From a virus: a stretch of DNA of 50,494 bases. Below are positions 1-7,922 of this stretch, one piece after another (positions within the stretch are counted from its first letter, which is position 1; every line of letters begins with the position of its first letter). Made by a program: the position numbers and the translations under genes. The stretch lies in the IMG/VR virus record IMGVR_UViG_2788500486_000002; one strand, written 5' to 3'. Below the pieces are notes generated by a model, which was not told the origin of the DNA, searched no databases, and was given only the letters and a program-made list of their open reading frames with translations.

Positions 1-99
1 ACCTACTAGAAGAACGCGTAGAAGAGAACATAGAAGACGTTCTCGATTTTTGTAACCTTAGAAACGATAACAATAATAACAATGACTAAAGACAACGAC
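1..99. repeat. Terminal direct repeat, copy A (identical to 50396..50494); circular-closure overlap or short terminal redundancy
   Basis: Bases 1..99 (ACCTACTAGAAGAACGCG...GACAACGAC) recur verbatim as the last 99 bases of the window, giving a unit length of 50395 bp. Confidence 0.95.
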
Positions 100-276
100 A
101 ACAATAGTGCCCTTTACTTTTGGATCGGAGCTGATGCTGATGACGTTAATGAACTCACAAAAGAAGAGTTCGCGCAAAAGGCCCAGCAAGAAGCGGACGA
201 GGCTAAAGAAAGTGGGCAGCTCGAACTGCCCCTCGGCCCTTGCCCTGTCTGTGGGGACGAAGATGGCGAGTGCTAA
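82..276 (+). CDS. Hypothetical small acidic protein (64 aa) with C-terminal CPVCGDEDGEC
   Basis: The ATG overlaps the stop of the preceding small ORF (ATGACTAA, seen in the 50477..50484 copy). Same-strand gene chain. No family recognised. Confidence 0.5.
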   Translation: MTKDNDNNSALYFWIGADADDVNELTKEEFAQKAQQEADEAKESGQLELPLGPCPVCGDEDGEC

Positions 277-487
277 TCCCCTAGACGTACAAGAAGGCGG
301 TGGCCACTATAAGGATTACAAGATACAGCCAGTAGAATTTGCTATGGCTAACAATCTTGATCTTTGTCAGGCTAACATTGTCAAGTACACCGTTCGATTT
401 CGAGATAAAGGCGGTCTGGAAGACCTAAAGAAAGCCCGCCACTATCTTGAGCTACTTGCTAATTTTGAGTATAATGAAAGTGTATAA
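263..487 (+). CDS. DUF3310-like phage protein (74 aa)
   Basis: In-frame ATG at 263 within ORF 107..487. GGGHYKDYKIQPVEFAMANNL...IVKYTVRFRDKGGLEDLKKARHYLELL fits the DUF3310 pattern as I recall it. The upstream part of the ORF is low-complexity. Confidence 0.65.
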   Translation: MASANPLDVQEGGGHYKDYKIQPVEFAMANNLDLCQANIVKYTVRFRDKGGLEDLKKARHYLELLANFEYNESV

Positions 488-489
488 TC

Positions 490-732
490 GTGACCAAGGG
501 CATGAAAGCCTACGAAGCGAAGCAGAGGCGACGGCTAAGGCGGCGTAACCACATAGCGCGGGACTTACAGAAGCCTGAGTTTAGGCAAAGAAAAAGGGAT
601 GGCAAGCCTAAGAACTCGTGCCCTCCCGAGATTGATGAATGGGATGATGAAGATGAGAGAGAAGATGCGTACCAGTTTTGGGATGAATGGGATGACGAGT
701 TTGACTATTGGGATGAACACATAAATGACTAA
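490..732 (+). CDS. Hypothetical protein with Arg/Lys-rich N-terminus and Trp/Asp/Glu-rich C-terminus
   Basis: GTG start 2 nt after the previous stop. The end overlaps the RNR start by 8 nt. C-terminus is EIDEWDDEDEREDAYQFWDEWDDEFDYWDEH. Confidence 0.5.
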   Translation: MTKGMKAYEAKQRRRLRRRNHIARDLQKPEFRQRKRDGKPKNSCPPEIDEWDDEDEREDAYQFWDEWDDEFDYWDEHIND

Positions 733-2650
733 CCCGTATGCGCCGTTCCCGGACGCTTATTCCTCTTTTATTTACAAAAGCCGTTACGCTCGATGGCTTG
801 AGGATGAGGGTCGCCGAGAGAATTGGGACGAGACTGTTAATCGTCTTGTAGAGTATTATTATGAGCAAGCCGATAAGAAAAACGGGACCAGTCTCCCTAC
901 AGGCGAACTGTATAACGCTATCTACAACCTAGAAGTTATGCCGTCTATGAGGGCTCTTATGACTGCTGGGCCTGCTCTTGATCGTTGCCACGTCCCGGCT
1001 TACAACTGTGCCTACCTTCCAGTGGACAGCCCTCGCTCCTTTGACGAAGCCATGTATATCCTTATGTGTGGTACTGGAGTTGGCTATAGCGTAGAGAATA
1101 AATATGTCGAACAGCTCCCGAAAATCTCCGAAGAGTTCGAAGAGTCGGACACTATCGTTACAGTTAGAGATAGCAAAGAGGGATGGGCCAAAGCTTTCAG
1201 GGAAATCGTATCCCTACTCATTGCAGGTCAAGTACCCAAATGGGACGTCTCAGGTGTTCGCCCTTCAGGAGCAAGACTTAAAACCTTTGGAGGACGCGCT
1301 TCAGGGCCAGAGCCCTTGGAGGATTTGTTCCGCTTTTCAGTTGATCTCTTTAAGAGGGCGGCTGGAAGACGCTTAACCTCTATTGAGTGTCACGACCTTA
1401 TGTGTAAGGTAGCAGACATTGTTGTAGTAGGCGGTGTACGTCGCTCTGCTATGATTAGTCTGTTTGACGTGACTGACGACCGTATGAACAAAAGCAAGCA
1501 CGGCGCTTGGTGGGAAGCTAACGGTATTCGTCGATTGGCCAACAACTCAGCGGTGTACGAACATCGTCGCCCGGATATTGGCTTCTTTATGGACAGATGG
1601 AAAGAACTGTATGACTCCAAATCAGGAGAGCCCGGACTCTTCAGTCGGTACGCTTGCCAAGCAATTGCTGGACGAAATGGACGCCGCGATGATTCCTTTG
1701 CTTTCGGGACAAACCCTTGCAGTGAGATTATCTTGCGACCATTCCAGTTTTGCAACCTTACCGAAATTGTTGTCCGATCTAGCGATACAATGGATGGGCT
1801 CAAAAGAAAGGCTCGCGTTGCGGCAATACTCGGAACGATACAGTCGTCTTTCACGGACTTCAAGTACCTCCGAAAGAAATGGCGAGACACTTGCGAAGAA
1901 GAACGACTCCTCGGAGTAAGTCTTACTGGTGTCTGTGACAACCTAGATGTTCTTACAAAGGAAAATCTAAATGAGCTCCGTGACATTGTGGTGGAAACGA
2001 ACAAGGAATGGGCTGCTCGACTTGGCATCAACGCCTCGACGGCTACTACTTGCGTTAAGCCCTCAGGAACTGTTTCTCAGCTTGTTGGCGCTGCCTCTGG
2101 TCTTCACGCTCGCCATTCTGATCGTTATCTCAGAACGGTAAGGGGTGACAACAAAGACCCTCTGACACAATTCCTAATTGACCAAGGAGTTTACAATGAG
2201 CCTGATGCGATGGCTCCGAACAATACTACTGTCTTCTACTTTCCAGTGGAAGGGCCGAAGGGGTCCTATACTCGGGAAAAGGAAACAGCTCTCGACGCAC
2301 TCAATCGGTGGGAACTCCTCCAAGACGAGTGGTGCGAACATAAACCGTCATGTACTGTAAATGTTCGTGAAGACGAGTGGATGGAGGTAGGCGCTTGGGT
2401 CTACGAAAAGTTTGATAAGGTATCTGGTATCTCGTTCCTTCCGTATGACGGGGGTACGTACAAACAGGCACCATATCAAGAACTTAGCAAAGAAGAGTTC
2501 GACAAGTGGGTAGCGGAACATCCGACTCCGAAGATCGACTGGACCAAGCTAAGTAAATTTGAAAAAGAAGATAACACAACAGGAAGTCAAGAATTAGCTT
2601 GTTCATCCGGCGGATGTGATATTACTGATATTATTGGAGTTAAACCATAA
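725..2650 (+). CDS. nrdJ: Ribonucleotide reductase, probably class II (adenosylcobalamin-dependent)
   Basis: 641-aa ORF with the active-site finger TNPCSEIILRPFQFCNLTEI (thiyl-radical Cys context). C-terminal CSSGGC redox pair. No NrdB-like small subunit anywhere in the genome. Confidence 0.8.
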   Translation: MTNPYAPFPDAYSSFIYKSRYARWLEDEGRRENWDETVNRLVEYYYEQADKKNGTSLPTGELYNAIYNLEVMPSMRALMTAGPALDRCHVPAYNCAYLPVDSPRSFDEAMYILMCGTGVGYSVENKYVEQLPKISEEFEESDTIVTVRDSKEGWAKAFREIVSLLIAGQVPKWDVSGVRPSGARLKTFGGRASGPEPLEDLFRFSVDLFKRAAGRRLTSIECHDLMCKVADIVVVGGVRRSAMISLFDVTDDRMNKSKHGAWWEANGIRRLANNSAVYEHRRPDIGFFMDRWKELYDSKSGEPGLFSRYACQAIAGRNGRRDDSFAFGTNPCSEIILRPFQFCNLTEIVVRSSDTMDGLKRKARVAAILGTIQSSFTDFKYLRKKWRDTCEEERLLGVSLTGVCDNLDVLTKENLNELRDIVVETNKEWAARLGINASTATTCVKPSGTVSQLVGAASGLHARHSDRYLRTVRGDNKDPLTQFLIDQGVYNEPDAMAPNNTTVFYFPVEGPKGSYTREKETALDALNRWELLQDEWCEHKPSCTVNVREDEWMEVGAWVYEKFDKVSGISFLPYDGGTYKQAPYQELSKEEFDKWVAEHPTPKIDWTKLSKFEKEDNTTGSQELACSSGGCDITDIIGVKP

Positions 2651-2745
2651 TGATGGAATTTTTTAAGCGTACTCACACGTACACCAACCTTAACCTTGGG
2701 TTCATTATCCTTGGTGCTGTAGCTGTTGGCGCAATCCTCTTTTAA
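2650..2745 (+). CDS. Possible 31-aa membrane peptide (MMEFFKRTHTYTNLNLGFIILGAVAVGAILF)
   Basis: The ATG overlaps the RNR stop (TAATG). One hydrophobic helix. Below the ORF-track size cut-off. Confidence 0.3.
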   Translation: MMEFFKRTHTYTNLNLGFIILGAVAVGAILF

Positions 2746-2750
2746 TAGAG

Positions 2751-2984
2751 ATGATGGCAGACCAACAGAAAATTCTACAGAACGGTCTTTATTGTACTGA
2801 AGATAAAGACGCACGAGAGATGATTGAGCGAGTTAACAAGTTCAACATCAACCATATTGGATCGCCTGTAAAGCTCGATGTAATCCCTTACGAAAAGGGT
2901 GACGAGTTTGTGGACAATCCCCATTACAAGTTCAGGTTCCTGTTCCCTAGCCGAGAGGTTATGCGGGCTTTCTGGACCGAGTAG
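2751..2984 (+). CDS. Hypothetical protein (77 aa), last gene of the plus arm
   Basis: ORF ends 19 nt before the convergent terminator. Diverse amino-acid composition. Confidence 0.5.
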   Translation: MMADQQKILQNGLYCTEDKDAREMIERVNKFNINHIGSPVKLDVIPYEKGDEFVDNPHYKFRFLFPSREVMRAFWTE

Positions 2985-3002
2985 TGGTCACGTACTAAAA
3001 GA

Positions 3003-3045
3003 CCCCAGAGTACCTTAGTTGGCGCTCTGGGGTTTTCTTTTATTT
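3003..3045. terminator. Bidirectional rho-independent terminator where the two arms converge
   Basis: Stem CCCCAGAG (3003..3010) / CTCTGGGG (3025..3032), then TTTTCTTTTATTT on the plus strand. The AAAA just upstream supplies a U-run for minus-strand transcripts. Confidence 0.7.
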
Positions 3046-3345
3046 ACTTCTATCTCTAATAACAATTGAAGTATCTTTTACTTCTTCTCGTAATCGTTGC
3101 ATCTCATTGATTAGATCACGCATTGCACCAACTACCTTTTCCATTTGATCTTTGTTTGTCCTTAGTTGCTCGGACATCATAAGCATAGAGTAGTTGTCTT
3201 GGAGCACTCCTGACGTTATCAAGGTCTCGCTACTAGAGGCTTTCCCTTCCGATGCGTCCTTTTTCCCCTTCCAAACTCCCGCAAATATAGAGCCAACAAA
3301 CAAGCCTGCCCCTACCACAAAGGGGATGTATTCAGCAAAATCCAT
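3040..3345 (-). CDS. Membrane-anchored coiled-coil protein (lysis accessory / spanin-like candidate)
   Basis: N-terminal TM (IPFVVGAGLFVGSIFAGVW) then a helical charged region. Last gene of the late arm, next to holin and endolysin. Confidence 0.45.
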   Translation of the reverse strand: MDFAEYIPFVVGAGLFVGSIFAGVWKGKKDASEGKASSSETLITSGVLQDNYSMLMMSEQLRTNKDQMEKVVGAMRDLINEMQRLREEVKDTSIVIRDRSK

Positions 3346-3351
3346 GTCTAA

Positions 3352-3825
3352 TTACGTCCTTTGAGGTATAAGTTTTATAGGCTTTCTCCTGTTAGCTTCC
3401 AACCAATCTTCAGAGGCCGACTTAGCAGAATAGCAATCGGCAATGAACAACCAGAAGTAAGTAATGGTGCCAGTGTTAGGGGGGCCTTGTGAGAACCCTA
3501 CGATCAAGTGCATGATAAAGAATGCCGAGATCGCGCTGGTCACTATACGAATGGTAGGTGTCTTTCTCCACAGCCCGTTGATTGTAAGAGCAGTTCCTCG
3601 CAACAACGCCACTAGGACAAGACACATACCTATGGTGAATGGGGCGTATCCTCCTAGCCAATCGAAGGCGTCGAGAAGACCCGTAAAGAGGGGGGCTGTC
3701 GCTGGATGGACAAACATCTCTGGGTAAAAGAGGATCATTAAACCCCACGTAAAAGCCCACCCGGACATACCCCATTCGATAGCCCGAGCTTTAAAGTGCT
3801 GTTTAAGGGATTGAATGATAACCAT
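3352..3825 (-). CDS. Multi-pass membrane protein (157 aa), lysis-cassette member
   Basis: Four or so hydrophobic segments. Sits directly downstream of the holin-like gene. Confidence 0.55.
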   Translation of the reverse strand: MVIIQSLKQHFKARAIEWGMSGWAFTWGLMILFYPEMFVHPATAPLFTGLLDAFDWLGGYAPFTIGMCLVLVALLRGTALTINGLWRKTPTIRIVTSAISAFFIMHLIVGFSQGPPNTGTITYFWLFIADCYSAKSASEDWLEANRRKPIKLIPQRT

Positions 3826-3829
3826 GGTA

Positions 3830-4297
3830 TTAGTAGATGCCGTCTAAGTATTCAGGCTTCTTGCTCTTTCCGACAGGAGCGTCAGACGAGACGCCCTTGT
3901 ACTTCTCAAAAGTACGCAAACCACCAAGACCAAGAATACCGAGCAGAACAGTAGTCAGCAAAGAATTATCTAGTTCTGGAAACTGGCCACCGTAGCCATA
4001 GGTAACTCGGGCAATCCAAGAAGCGACAGGCTGAAAGATAGCAGCGTAAGCAAGCCCAGCAGCGCCCACCCAACCAACAGCAGGACGCCAACCTGCAACA
4101 AAAATACTTTTATGTTGAGCTTCCACTTTGTTAACTTCGATCTGACCCATGTTGGCTTCGTGAAACCGCTCATTGGCCTTGTCTTTAAGTTCTTCAAGCT
4201 TAAACTCCAACTCTCTCTTTTTATCCTTGTCAACGACTGCCTTGCCGATGATTTCACCAGCAGTGTCGATCAAGTCTCCTATAATGGGAATAGCCAT
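3830..4297 (-). CDS. Holin-like protein (GTA-type 3-TM holin pattern)
   Basis: A charged coiled N-terminal half, then QIEVNKVEAQHKSIFVAGWRPAVGWVGAAGLAYAAIF. This matches my recollection of the 'holin of 3TMs for gene-transfer release' family. Adjacent to the endolysin. Confidence 0.55.
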   Translation of the reverse strand: MAIPIIGDLIDTAGEIIGKAVVDKDKKRELEFKLEELKDKANERFHEANMGQIEVNKVEAQHKSIFVAGWRPAVGWVGAAGLAYAAIFQPVASWIARVTYGYGGQFPELDNSLLTTVLLGILGLGGLRTFEKYKGVSSDAPVGKSKKPEYLDGIY

Positions 4298-4302
4298 AGT
4301 TG

Positions 4303-5028
4303 TTATACAACCTTTCCTTTGTACCCGCCCTTTAACAGAGCACTTTGAAATTTCTCAGCGTAACCAGCAATAAGTGATGCTTTGTCCATGATGTTGACAG
4401 TCCGACGAGCTTGCTCAAACTGTTCCTTTGTTCCGATAGGATTAGGAAGATAGGCTGAAAGCGGCTTAGGCCCGAACCATCCCTTTTCCAACCCCCGATC
4501 AAGAACCTTGGCAGACAACTCAGTCTCAAGGGCCTTGTCAGGATTGAGAATAAGAGCACCACCAAGTCCAAACTCCTCATCTACTTTTCGATAGTTAGTC
4601 TCCCAAGTGAGCTGGACATCTCCTCGCCCGTACCAAGGATAATAGCGAAGGTTCTTTTTTCGCCAGTTGTCAGAAGCGTTTAGCCCCTCTCGAACTGGTT
4701 GCATCCTTTGTGCTGTCTCGTGAAAAGACGTAGCAAGCTTATAGGCAGCATGGCTAACAGCGTTGCCCGTAGAGACAAACACTTCTAGCTTCTTTTCAAT
4801 ACCTGCTACTTGCTTGTGAGTAAGCTTACCTCCCGCAAACAACGGCCTGATCTCATCAAAGAAGATAGCCGGATAGCGTAGTGACTTGTGCTCAGAGCTG
4901 GTGTCTACATTGGCCGGGGCCTCGGGCATTCCGCCCGAAGCTTTCTTGGCCTCCGTGAGCAACTCAAGAAGCTCAATAAGAACCTCCATCTGTGCATCAG
5001 TTAACTCCACGGTTCTTTTCCTCCGCAA
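4303..5028 (-). CDS. Endolysin, glycoside hydrolase family 19 (chitinase-like)
   Basis: YGRGDVQLTWETNY matches the GH19 signature ([FHY]GRGxxQ[IL][ST][FHYW][HN][FY]NY). The TTG start at 5028 is uncertain. Confidence 0.75.
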   Translation of the reverse strand: MRRKRTVELTDAQMEVLIELLELLTEAKKASGGMPEAPANVDTSSEHKSLRYPAIFFDEIRPLFAGGKLTHKQVAGIEKKLEVFVSTGNAVSHAAYKLATSFHETAQRMQPVREGLNASDNWRKKNLRYYPWYGRGDVQLTWETNYRKVDEEFGLGGALILNPDKALETELSAKVLDRGLEKGWFGPKPLSAYLPNPIGTKEQFEQARRTVNIMDKASLIAGYAEKFQSALLKGGYKGKVV

Positions 5029-5145
5029 TAATAGTTCTTAACGTATTGTAGTGCCCCATGTACGTGGGATAAATAGTCCCAAATATCTCGTTAGGGCACC
5101 ACATTCCTTTTCTTAATAGACGCCGTACTTTGGCTCTAGTATCCA
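5008..5145 (-). CDS. Possible 45-aa ORF (MDTRAKVRRLLRKGMWCPNEIFGTIYPTYMGHYNTLRTIIAEEKNRGVN)
   Basis: It fills the 126-nt gap between the 920-aa gene and the endolysin. Diverse composition but no good SD. It overlaps the annotated endolysin start. Confidence 0.25.
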
Positions 5146-5154
5146 TCGTTGTTG

Positions 5155-7917
5155 TTATACCTCAATGCCTGCGGCTGCTGCAAGAGCTTCAATGTAATCG
5201 GCTGTTGCAATATTGCCGTCGCTTCTATTCTGCCTACGGGCTTCTTCAAGAGTTACCCCGCTGTGGTACATGGCCATAGCATCAGTCCAGTTGCCTGCGG
5301 CCTTGTAGTTCTCAGCAAGGATGAACAACCCTAGGTCAACGTTCTGTTCAGGAGACAAGTCCTTTACCCGTTTACCATACCTAGCCTGTGCAGTCTTGTC
5401 GTGGAACGCATCTACAACTTGCATCGGCCCATAAGCAGTCCTTCCCTTGCCCGCATTAGCACGAGCCTTAGGATTAAACTTGCCCTCGTGGCCTGCAAGA
5501 GTTAGTGCCACTTCTACAGGAATGCCAGTCTTTTGGGCAATACGTTCGACAGCCTTGAATACCGGACTATCCCCGTACTTAGCACGAAGATTATCGGGAG
5601 ACTCGACTGTCACCTTTTGACCACTTGCTCCCCGAGTAACTACGTTCCCTTGAGGGTCTACAGCGTTACCTTCCGAGTCCAGAATAGCAGGAATATCAAA
5701 GTCAAAACCTTGCTGGCGAATGCTGTCCCTGAAGCTTTCGATAGACTTCAGAACATTAGCCGGAGTAGCCTTGCTTTCTTTTTCCTGCTTGCTCAACTCT
5801 TCTTGGACCTTGCGAGGCACACGACCTTGCGAGTACCACAGAGCCAGTTCCTTTTTGTTCAAGCCTTGCGGAGTGCCCTCGTCAATGCTGGCAGTCTCTA
5901 CAAGAAATCCTTGAGCGTTGTTAAGAGCCGACGCCGTGGCACGAGCCTCAGCAGGAGCTTCAGGAACAGCAGCACGCGACTGGCGAATACCAAGCTTAGT
6001 GTCCATGGGGTCGCCAACAGCGCCACGCGAGGCAGGGCTTTGTTCCCATGCTCTACGGTTAAACTGGACTTCCCATTTCAACGTCTTATCGTTATAGACA
6101 ACAGAGTGGAAACCAAAAGTCTTATCCTTTTGACGAAGCCCGTTAAGAACGTTAGCCATACCGGCACGAGCGCCAAGACCGATAGCCTGAGCATACTCTT
6201 GGTCAACACCGTCTGCGGCTCCGTTAGCAAGACGTACAAGCACTCGGCTCGACGCACCGCCAAGAGACGTAGAAGCGTTAACTAGCGCACGAAGATCAGC
6301 AGCCGGGCTCAACTCACCAGCAGCAACCGCAACCTCGGCCATACCATTAAGATAAGCATCGGCTTCAGCGTAGTCGCCCTTGTCAAGCTGAACTCGCAAC
6401 TCTTTCACCACACCGTTTACAGTCTTAAAGATTTTGGAAGCCTGCTGCGGGGTAATGTCGAGCTGCTGTAGGGTCTTGTTGCCCATAAGAATGCTAGCAA
6501 TCTCAGCAACTTGCAACATACCGGAGTTACGCTCCATAATGTCGTACATATTGAAGTTGTTCAACTGGCCGATCTCCGAAGCAAGACGCTCACGGGTTTC
6601 GGGGCTGGACGTTTCAATCAGTACGTCAGTAAGCTGCATAGAAATGCCAAGGTTCTTCATAGCCGAGATAAACGGATATGCTTGCATCATACCAAGACCA
6701 AGACGATCTTGCAACTTGCTAAGCAATTCAGACGTACGCTTATCCCTGTTCTCGATAGGAGTAAGGATAGTGTTGGTGTACGACTCTTCAAACTGGCCCA
6801 CGATCTTGTCTGCCAGCTCAGGGCTGCCTGCCGGATGGGCGAGAATTTCAGCTCGCATTTGCTCTTTGACAATTTGCATCTGGGTGTTCATCTCGTCCAT
6901 AGCAATGCCGAATTTCTCTTCCAGAGCAGGGTTAGCCCCCGCCTCAGGCATCATGCCAATGATCTTGTTCACCGACTCAATGTACGGAGACATACGGGTA
7001 TAGAACTGCTGAGTGAACACAGAACGCATAGAGTCAGCAGCTTGCCGGTTGTTGCGTTCAATCTCACGGTCAGTCAAGTCACCCCGAGCCTTCTGGATTT
7101 CAAGGTCAGTCTTGATGGCTTCCATTTGCTGCTCTTGCTGGATAGCTTCCCAGCCCTTAGCAATGATCGCCTGATCTTCAAGACCGGCAGCAGCAGGCCC
7201 AAGGATTTCCATACCCTTTTCCCGGGCCTTAGTGATAAACTCCCGACGACCCTTTTCATTGGCATTGTAGTCGTCGATATTCTTTCCGAGGTAGCGGAAC
7301 AGATGGCTCTTTACGCCTGCCTTATCCATAACAGCAAGAAGAACGTCAGGGTCTACGTCAGGGAACCTAGCACGAGCTTCCTGAAGAATACGGTCAACGT
7401 GTGCCCGTTGTGCGGTAGCTGGAAGGGCCCCCTGAGAGACAGCAGTCTGTGTGTTCTGATACGCTTCTGCATCGCCCGCAACAGCCTGAGCAATCTCATT
7501 TACTGTCTCTTGTGAAACAGCACCAGAGTTGACAGCACCTTCAACAATAGCTCCCGCAGGGTCAAGAGTGCCCGCAGGACCAGAGCCCCCGGCCCCTTCT
7601 GAGGCAAAGTTACCAGCAGGAGGAGTGGCGTTTACTAGTTCAAGGTAAGGATCGGTCGCCTGTACGTTACTTTCACTAGCATTAGCAGCAAGCAACTGAT
7701 CGACAACAAAACCCCTAGACTCTTGTTCACGAGCTTGCTTTGCCGCTTCAGCGTCCTCTTTTTTCTTTCGAGCACGTTCTTTCATGTCGTCCGAGAACTG
7801 AGAGACGCCTTGCGACAGTGTGTTAAGGATAGGTACTAGAGGGCTAGGACCGACTTCCAGAACGGGAGCAGGTACGATACCTTCGGCATCCGGCAATTGA
7901 ACACTAAAGTTTGCCAT
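5155..7917 (-). CDS. Internal virion / ejection protein with C-terminal lytic transglycosylase (SLT) domain
   Basis: 920 aa. The C-terminus LAGHEGKFNPKARANAGKGRTAYGPMQV...YH is an SLT-like catalytic Glu / GPMQ pattern. Position is analogous to T7 gp16. Confidence 0.7.
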   Translation of the reverse strand: MANFSVQLPDAEGIVPAPVLEVGPSPLVPILNTLSQGVSQFSDDMKERARKKKEDAEAAKQAREQESRGFVVDQLLAANASESNVQATDPYLELVNATPPAGNFASEGAGGSGPAGTLDPAGAIVEGAVNSGAVSQETVNEIAQAVAGDAEAYQNTQTAVSQGALPATAQRAHVDRILQEARARFPDVDPDVLLAVMDKAGVKSHLFRYLGKNIDDYNANEKGRREFITKAREKGMEILGPAAAGLEDQAIIAKGWEAIQQEQQMEAIKTDLEIQKARGDLTDREIERNNRQAADSMRSVFTQQFYTRMSPYIESVNKIIGMMPEAGANPALEEKFGIAMDEMNTQMQIVKEQMRAEILAHPAGSPELADKIVGQFEESYTNTILTPIENRDKRTSELLSKLQDRLGLGMMQAYPFISAMKNLGISMQLTDVLIETSSPETRERLASEIGQLNNFNMYDIMERNSGMLQVAEIASILMGNKTLQQLDITPQQASKIFKTVNGVVKELRVQLDKGDYAEADAYLNGMAEVAVAAGELSPAADLRALVNASTSLGGASSRVLVRLANGAADGVDQEYAQAIGLGARAGMANVLNGLRQKDKTFGFHSVVYNDKTLKWEVQFNRRAWEQSPASRGAVGDPMDTKLGIRQSRAAVPEAPAEARATASALNNAQGFLVETASIDEGTPQGLNKKELALWYSQGRVPRKVQEELSKQEKESKATPANVLKSIESFRDSIRQQGFDFDIPAILDSEGNAVDPQGNVVTRGASGQKVTVESPDNLRAKYGDSPVFKAVERIAQKTGIPVEVALTLAGHEGKFNPKARANAGKGRTAYGPMQVVDAFHDKTAQARYGKRVKDLSPEQNVDLGLFILAENYKAAGNWTDAMAMYHSGVTLEEARRQNRSDGNIATADYIEALAAAAGIEV

Positions 7918-7922
7918 AGTTG

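Noticed and set aside
107-262. N-terminal extension of the DUF3310-like ORF (126-aa version)
   Set aside because: The extension is a Lys/Ser/Arg-rich out-of-frame reading of the preceding gene 82..276. Similarity to the family begins after ATG 263.
6511-7515. 334-aa plus-strand ORF (and neighbours 5533..6285 and 6434..7003) inside the 920-aa minus-strand gene
   Set aside because: It is antisense to a long gene with a recognisable SLT domain. The composition is Leu/Ser/Arg-rich shadow-ORF type, there is no SD, and no plus-strand transcription is expected in the late arm.
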